DNA of 64,000 nucleotides from an uncultured bacterium (GTDB lineage Bacteria; Babelota; Babeliae; Babelales; Vermiphilaceae): NCBI GenBank assembly GCA_963704465.1, contig OY969901.1, positions 1,053,331 to 1,117,330 of the forward strand, read 5' to 3'. Shown piece by piece: positions 58,330 to 64,000 of this stretch (position 1 is its first letter; each line of letters starts with the position of its first letter). The notes under the pieces were generated by a model. It saw only the letters and a program-made list of their open reading frames with translations, ran no database searches and was not told where the DNA came from. The position numbers and the translations under genes were made by a program.

Positions 58330-58550
58330 AATATATCCTGATGTTATATTGTATGTAATTTACGCATAGAATACACCCATTTTAAATAAAAGCACACAAA
58401 AAACCCATGTCTGACTTCACGCCAAACATACGCCACTTTAATGCATAATTGATCAAGTAAAAATAATGATACAACTTATGCAGTAGTTTTGATTTCTCTG
58501 AAATTATTAATTACCCTAAATACAAAAAAGATGTTGCCGGGTTTTAATGT

Positions 58551-59849
58551 ATGATTAATCTTTTATGTGAAATTGCTGTAATTGGCGCAGGGCTCGCAGG
58601 TTTAGCTGCAGCAGATTTTCTTACCTCTCGCGGTTATGATGTACAACTTATAGAAGCCGAAAATCGCGTTGGTGGACGCGTATTAACCCATCATTTACCA
58701 GACAATACACATTTTGAATTAGGCGCTTTTTCTTTTGGTGATGGCGAGCAACCATTATGGGATTATGTTCACCGATTCTCACTGCCTATCGTAAAACACA
58801 CACCAATGGAAGGAATCTTCTGGTTTAAAAATTGGGCGGGGAAAACAACTGAAAACGGTTTCTTTCTTAAAGAAGATGAACAAGACATCCCTTTATATTT
58901 ATTGCTCAGCAGTTTTTGTAAAAAACTAGAAAACATACCCGCAGACATGCCCTTTTCTGATGCGTTGCGATCTGTGGGAGCGTCCGATGAGGCTATAGAA
59001 TGGTTACAAGCGAACAGCATAGTTGGATTATTAGGGAACGGCTTTCACACCAATTCAACAGATGCCGTATTAAACTTTTTAAAACAATATGATAATTCCT
59101 ATTCTTTTTATGCGCTAAAAGGAGGAAATGATCAACTCCCTCTTGCTCTTGCTGAACACCTAGAAGGAAAGATTTTTTTTAATAACCGCGTACAAAAAAT
59201 AGAACAATTAAAAGACAAATGCATCCTAACAGGTGAAGGATTTACGATTGAAGCACACAGAGTAATCATCGCTATTCCTCTTTCAGAAATGAACAAGATT
59301 GAAATCAATCCACCATTTTCATCAAAAAAACAAGAGGCCATTCAAAATGTTCCTTACACTGCATGCGCTCGTATATCAATCGTAGCTCCCCATGCTATTT
59401 TTGATCTTGCGCCACGAGGCGGCGTTTTTTTATTTTCTGATTGCTTAGGTTGGTTTAGAGAACAATCATTATTTCAAACTGATCCGCATCACAAAACCGT
59501 CTTGAATATAAGTGTAGCTGGAAATCAAGCCGCGCAACTATCTTCATCTGTGCAAGAATGGAAACAAGCTATTGATGATGCTCTTTCTAAACTATATCCA
59601 CAATGGGATCCAAAAAGAGCTAAATATTATATACATACGTGGAGTGAAGGTTACTCATATTTTTCAGCCACTATGAACACCCTACAAAATGCTTTAAAAA
59701 AAATTGAAGGTAGGATTCATTTCGCCGGAGAACATACCAGTGAACGGTTTGCTTCTATGAATGGTGCTATAGAATCAGGCCTTCGGGCTGCGAAAGAAGT
59801 GCAGGCCGCAGAAACTGAACATAATATGGTATTTTACATAAAATCGTAA
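58551..59849 (+). CDS. FAD-dependent amine oxidase (flavin amine/amino-acid oxidase family)
   Basis: Dinucleotide-binding motif IAVIGAGLAGLAAADFLTSRGYDVQLIEAENRVGGRV, and C-terminal HFAGEHTS. Confidence 0.85.
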   Translation: MINLLCEIAVIGAGLAGLAAADFLTSRGYDVQLIEAENRVGGRVLTHHLPDNTHFELGAFSFGDGEQPLWDYVHRFSLPIVKHTPMEGIFWFKNWAGKTTENGFFLKEDEQDIPLYLLLSSFCKKLENIPADMPFSDALRSVGASDEAIEWLQANSIVGLLGNGFHTNSTDAVLNFLKQYDNSYSFYALKGGNDQLPLALAEHLEGKIFFNNRVQKIEQLKDKCILTGEGFTIEAHRVIIAIPLSEMNKIEINPPFSSKKQEAIQNVPYTACARISIVAPHAIFDLAPRGGVFLFSDCLGWFREQSLFQTDPHHKTVLNISVAGNQAAQLSSSVQEWKQAIDDALSKLYPQWDPKRAKYYIHTWSEGYSYFSATMNTLQNALKKIEGRIHFAGEHTSERFASMNGAIESGLRAAKEVQAAETEHNMVFYIKS

Positions 59850-59877
59850 TGCATACCGCATTTAGCGAACAAATTTC

Positions 59878-60468
59878 TCAACTTTTCGAGTAATATTTTT
59901 TAAACCGCTTGACCATATCATCGTATGCATCTGTCCCTGAGGTCAAAGCAAAAAGCCGCCCACAGTCTTCACAGCTTACGGGAATGCCTTCCTGGTTCCT
60001 TAAACTTTTGGCATTCTTCATTAAACATTCCCTGAAATTGCGTTGGGCTTCAAGCATCGCTAATGATTTTTTAGCTTTTTCTATCCGCACTAGAGCTTCT
60101 GCACTCGGATAGAGGTAATTATAAAAATCTTTACCTGCAGCAGCGAATACTTTCACCCCAGTGTAGATAATATATACCGACGCAATCAAAGAAATTGCTT
60201 CGAGAGCATTCACCGCTATCCGCTTCCATCTATTACTTTTTTTTGGCACCGTTTCTTCTGCTTCAATATCCGTGTTTAATTCAGCAGCTTCAGACTTTTT
60301 TAAATCTTTAACTATATTTGGAACTATTGTACACGCGAGCAAAACGGCTACATCTAACCAAAAAACGCCCCTGGATGAATCATTTGAACGCGATAATTTA
60401 GGCTCGTTGACAGGGTCAGCACAACACAGATTTACGCTGAAAAAAAGAATGAAGATATTTTTTAACAT
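59878..60468 (-). CDS. Hypothetical membrane protein
   Basis: I trimmed the start to MLKNIFILFFSVNLCCA. Further hydrophobic segments are present. I recognise no domain. Confidence 0.5.
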   Translation of the reverse strand: MLKNIFILFFSVNLCCADPVNEPKLSRSNDSSRGVFWLDVAVLLACTIVPNIVKDLKKSEAAELNTDIEAEETVPKKSNRWKRIAVNALEAISLIASVYIIYTGVKVFAAAGKDFYNYLYPSAEALVRIEKAKKSLAMLEAQRNFRECLMKNAKSLRNQEGIPVSCEDCGRLFALTSGTDAYDDMVKRFKKYYSKS

Positions 60469-60604
60469 GCCTATTCCATTGAAAATTAACTTTTTGATCA
60501 CAACCAAAATAGCACTGCGCATAAAAATCTTCAAAAAAAAGAGAATCTTCGTATGCTAATATCGATTATAAAAAAAATATTCACCAAAAAGGCATAGTAT
60601 CTCT

Positions 60605-61438
60605 ATGTATGAAAAAGAGCCTTTCATCAAAAAATATCGTTCTCCAGAAGATAACAATCCAAGTGATGATACTGAAGACTATAGTCCAAAGCAAGCTCAA
60701 TTACAGCAATTAATAGATGATCCTGACAGAATACTCGGCACCGATGATAACAATTGCGTTTGGTTAGCTAAAATTCGCGAAGATGGTTCACAAATATGGG
60801 CAAGCACCTGTAATGATGGATCCATTCGCAGCGCCGGCAGCAATCCACCTTCTTTACTCTCAACGCAAGGCTTAAAACTGCTCAAGCCTGGATCAAAACA
60901 ACATGAAGCCTACATCAAAGATATGAAAGATCCCAACGCTGAAAGCATTATGAAAAGCGTGATTCCTCAGCATATACACCTTCTTGCAAAACCACCGTTT
61001 CTAAACCTTGTAATCAGCAACTTTTTATTGAATTATAATATTAATCTGCAGTCAGAAGAGATTAATCTATTGATGGAAGAATTAGAGTATTACGATCAAA
61101 TACCTGAAGTACATGCACTCTTATGTGAAATGGCAGATGTTATTCCTGTACGCTATAATTCCGTCAGTGCAGTAGCGCTGCATAAAGTTCTCGGGGTTAA
61201 AACATTTCTTCGTTTTGATACCTATGATTTTTATATGGCTACCGTCTGCTTTTTAGAAAAATACGGAAAGCGTAAAGAAGCTGCCGATATTCTTATGCTT
61301 GCATCAGAACTTGGCCAATTCCACATCGCACAATGGGTCTACAAAAAATGGGAAAATTGTATGGTTTGGGCACTCCACAAGATTGGTGAGCTTGAAGATG
61401 ATATTATGCACGATGTAAAAAAATGGCATGATTTTTGA
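60605..61438 (+). CDS. Hypothetical protein (no leader)
   Basis: 277-aa ORF with an acidic N-terminal region. I can assign no domain with confidence. Confidence 0.5.
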   Translation: MYEKEPFIKKYRSPEDNNPSDDTEDYSPKQAQLQQLIDDPDRILGTDDNNCVWLAKIREDGSQIWASTCNDGSIRSAGSNPPSLLSTQGLKLLKPGSKQHEAYIKDMKDPNAESIMKSVIPQHIHLLAKPPFLNLVISNFLLNYNINLQSEEINLLMEELEYYDQIPEVHALLCEMADVIPVRYNSVSAVALHKVLGVKTFLRFDTYDFYMATVCFLEKYGKRKEAADILMLASELGQFHIAQWVYKKWENCMVWALHKIGELEDDIMHDVKKWHDF

Positions 61439-61455
61439 AAAGTAACAACTAAAAG

Positions 61456-61495
61456 GCCCATGCTGAACTCTACGTCAAACATGGGCTATATTTTC
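61456..61495. terminator. Hairpin between convergent genes (putative terminator)
   Basis: GCCCATG (61456-61462) pairs with CATGGGC (61480-61486), followed by TATATTTT. Confidence 0.4.
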
Positions 61496-61539
61496 TGACA
61501 AATAACCGCTTCTTTGTACCAATTACTTGTTTATAATAT

Positions 61540-62358
61540 TTATTCCACTGAATGAGGCAAAAAGCTTTCCTTTGAAATAACTTTTTTGCTCGTTTGTTTT
61601 TCTATATCTTTACGCGTTCTACCCGCAACAGCACCACCAACCTTTGCATCATTTCTTAACTTATCAATACCTTTAGAATTTTTTTGCTGGGTAATTTGTG
61701 TTGTAGTTGCTTCTCCAAGCATAACAATAATGAGTTCTAGATCGGTCATATGATCGCGTAAATTTTCTCTTTCAAGGCCTTTTAATTGCTTGTATTCAGC
61801 AACCTTTAAATCAAAAGCACCTTGCATGATATCATTCGTTAAAATTGCGTAATCAATTGACTTTTTTACCCCTCGCTCAGCCCACTCATCCGTAAGTGAA
61901 TGCCGAACTGATATACCGCGCATACGTTTATCAATCCAACCTTTTTCATAGCCTTTTTTTTCATACAGCGTTTTGACTCTGTCCATCCCCAACTCAGGAT
62001 TTTCTATTTCATCAATACGCTCTTTACCTATTTTTGCTAACCAAAGCTTAAATGGTTCTGCCTTAGGAGAAGGGATAGATTGGATAATACGAAATATACC
62101 CTCGGTATTAGCACAGTCTGTTTCACGTTTTTTGCCATCAGGAGCGGTCAGTTTCAACCCGTGACAAAATGTCACAACTTCACTGCCTTCCGCAACCAAT
62201 CGTTGTTTTAGCTTCCGCCAGTAAGCACCAGGATCAGGGCTTTCTACTAACGCTGCACATATATCAATTACTGAAAAATACCACTCATTGTTAACCAATA
62301 TTTTACGAATTTGCTTTTCATTGAAAAGAGACACCTTTGTTAGTTCACCAGCAGACAT
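61540..62358 (-). CDS. Bro-N/DinD-like DNA-binding protein (phage antirepressor-type)
   Basis: GGAG SD upstream. The N-terminus FNEKQIRKILVNNEWYFSVIDICAAL is Bro-N-like. The C-terminal half (..DHMTDLELIIVMLGEATTTQITQ..) resembles E. coli DinD as I recall it. Confidence 0.55.
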   Translation of the reverse strand: MSAGELTKVSLFNEKQIRKILVNNEWYFSVIDICAALVESPDPGAYWRKLKQRLVAEGSEVVTFCHGLKLTAPDGKKRETDCANTEGIFRIIQSIPSPKAEPFKLWLAKIGKERIDEIENPELGMDRVKTLYEKKGYEKGWIDKRMRGISVRHSLTDEWAERGVKKSIDYAILTNDIMQGAFDLKVAEYKQLKGLERENLRDHMTDLELIIVMLGEATTTQITQQKNSKGIDKLRNDAKVGGAVAGRTRKDIEKQTSKKVISKESFLPHSVE

Positions 62359-62369
62359 ATTAGCTCCAA

Positions 62370-62445
62370 ATAAGTGATTATATATGAACTTATTTTACCA
62401 TAAAATATAAAATTGCGCTTGCCTTTTTATGCTATATAAAGCATA
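62370..62445. promoter_or_regulatory. Divergent control region with two inverted repeats (candidate operators)
   Basis: ATAAGT-n12-ACTTAT at 62370-62393 and TATGCT-n6-AGCATA at 62428-62445, between the divergent genes 61540..62358(-) and 62478..62831(+). Confidence 0.4.
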
Positions 62446-62477
62446 GTTATTGGAACGAAAACATAACGGTTTAAAAA

Positions 62478-62831
62478 ATGAAAAAAAATAAAAACATCAT
62501 CACAAGCTCAAGCAATGTATTTGCTGATCTTGGACTACCAAATCCAGAAGAAAGGCTAGCCAAAGCTGAACTTGCACGCCAAATAAATAACATAATTAAA
62601 GAGAGAAAGCTCACTCAAACAGCCGCAGCCACGCTGCTCGATATTGACCAACCAAAAATATCAGCATTAAGCACCGGTAAACTTGCAGGCTTTTCTATTG
62701 ATAGGCTCTTCAGATTCTTAAACAGCCTCGATCAAAACATTACCATCAAAGTAACACCACGAGCTCGGTCAAAAAAACATGCAGAAATCACGGTGTCTAT
62801 ACCACCTGTCCGCCGTCCTGTCCAATCGTAG
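62478..62831 (+). CDS. XRE-family HTH protein (antitoxin-like)
   Basis: HTH segment KERKLTQTAAATLLDIDQPKISALSTGKLAGFSIDRLFRFL. 117 aa. Confidence 0.75.
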   Translation: MKKNKNIITSSSNVFADLGLPNPEERLAKAELARQINNIIKERKLTQTAAATLLDIDQPKISALSTGKLAGFSIDRLFRFLNSLDQNITIKVTPRARSKKHAEITVSIPPVRRPVQS

Positions 62832-63752
62832 CCTTGCCGTGCCCTGCGTAGCTTTACACGAAGTATGGGTCGAAGTCGGAAGCTCAATTGGGAGCGAAGG
62901 AGGAAAAGCAAAAAAAATGCCACTAAAAAAGCAGCCTGCTCAGAATTCTGCTTTAGCAATACATGCACGAAAAAAGAAATAGGGTATCATGGCATCAAAA
63001 ACAAAAAGCTTTCAAAAATACATCGAAACACGCTTCAGCAAGCAAGAATTAGCAGAAATTAAAATGGAAGCAAAACACGAATTGAAGCTGATAAAAAAGA
63101 AGAAAAAACTGACATCACTTAAAGTTGATACACGAGACCTATTTGATAGGGACGAAGCAAATGAGCGATAAAAACTATAACTTGACCAGTGTAACATGAA
63201 TTTTGCATAGATAAGACAATAAGCTTGCACAATATACGTTTATTTTTATAGCTCCTTAGAAAAAGGCGCCTGTCCGCCGAAGCTTTAGATTGATTTTCAA
63301 AAATCATAGAACTTGGATAGCGAAGGCCGGATAGCCAATTTTAAGGTTAACTTTAAAATTGGCGTCCCATCCTCGACTATTATAGAAAAAATATGGGCTG
63401 TTCACCAGCACTTCTTTTGAACACACTCAGAATCTTCTTCAAGAACGAGCTGGGGGATCTTATTGGATCGATATGATAACGAGAGATGCAATCACAACCC
63501 CTAACTCAGCATATTTCTCATAGCATGTTCTTCTTCTTGGGTATTGGCTTTATGGTAGTCGTGCATCTTATCAGAACAAGTCGAGTCAGGCAGCACAGTA
63601 GTTTTGCCCTCATAGCCACTTTGGCCCTATTTTAGCACTTGTTGCACAGTAATACCGTTGCCATGCCCCATTTTGCCCTATTTACAAAAATTTCAATTAG
63701 TGTATGATTGGTAGGTGTAAATGTATTTAGGATTCCAAAATGGAGATTTTTT

Positions 63753-64000
63753 ATGGAACTAAGAAACATTGCCTTATATGCACTCAGCTGCGTTATACTT
63801 GTAGGCCTCTCTGGATGTGCTCGCTATAAAGTAAAGCCGCTTAAAATGCTGGCTAGAGCATCGAAGACCGAAGAAAGCTCGATATCATTTGATTATGAGC
63901 TATTTAGTGTTAGTGATTGCAAAAAATACCTAGATCGTAACCCCATTAAGAAGGGTTATCAACCGATCCAAATCGCTTTCACCAACAATACCAATCGTCA
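63753..64000 (+). CDS. Lipoprotein (partial; continues beyond the right window edge)
   Basis: GGAG lies 7 nt upstream of the ATG at 63753. MELRNIALYALSCVILVGLSGCARYK has the lipobox L-S-G-C. The frame stays open to the window end by my hand translation. Confidence 0.6.
   Translation, partial: MELRNIALYALSCVILVGLSGCARYKVKPLKMLARASKTEESSISFDYELFSVSDCKKYLDRNPIKKGYQPIQIAFTNNTNR

Noticed and set aside
60605-60900. The N-terminal segment ..DDNNCVWLAKIREDGSQIWASTCNDGSIRSAGSNPP.. of 60605..61438 reminded me of C-terminal RNase-type polymorphic-toxin domains.
   Set aside because: I cannot name the family or recall a reference sequence with confidence. No delivery domain or immunity-gene context is visible. 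I left it as hypothetical.
62989-63171. A 60-aa Lys-rich ORF (MASKTKSFQKYIETRFSKQELAEIKMEAKHELKLIKKKKKL...) as a real gene.
   Set aside because: It has no clear SD, a low-complexity lysine run, and overlapping ORFs on both strands. I mention it only within the mobile-module finding.

Overview
This is a 64-kb, AT-rich, densely coded bacterial chromosome segment. I count about 70 protein genes and one tmRNA, and I found no rRNA, tRNA or CRISPR array by eye. Recognisable housekeeping genes are murJ, a LolD-type ABC ATPase, lon, an ABC-F ATPase, yhhQ, tgt, two TrmH-family RNA methyltransferases, hsp20, tyrS, nusB, efp, glyA, lnt, ndk, rpsA, smpB-ssrA, tsaD, and Nudix, HIT and VOC enzymes. They are interleaved with many ORFans, most of which start with a Sec-type hydrophobic leader. 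Also present are proteins with eukaryote-like domains: a C3HC4 RING, an F-box, ankyrin repeats, WD40/beta-propeller proteins and LRR proteins. This gene content fits an obligate intracellular or protist-associated diderm (Dependentiae/TM6-like, or with a Legionella- or Chlamydia-like lifestyle), but that taxonomic guess is inference only. The most interesting candidates are listed here.

1. A leader-bearing RING/ankyrin/F-box island at 1.4-6.1 kb, together with a pair of small secreted ubiquitin-like (beta-grasp) paralogs that flank a propeller gene at 10.2-12.3 kb. Together these look like a host-ubiquitin mimicry toolkit.
2. A duplicated two-gene cassette at 36.7-39.7 kb, each copy made of a short membrane-module protein plus an LRR protein carrying the same module. 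The LRR proteins end in an acidic QEDE tail that the ankyrin protein shares.
3. A GC-rich, hairpin-forming intergenic repeat family with at least three copies: 19.06-19.31 kb, 21.59-21.88 kb, and directly abutting the 3' end of ssrA at 47.79-47.90 kb.
4. An iteron-like GTTGTTGC motif array at 33.48-33.63 kb.
5. A yhhQ plus divergent tgt pair, suggestive of queuine or preQ salvage.

All domain calls come from motif reading by eye, with no database search.
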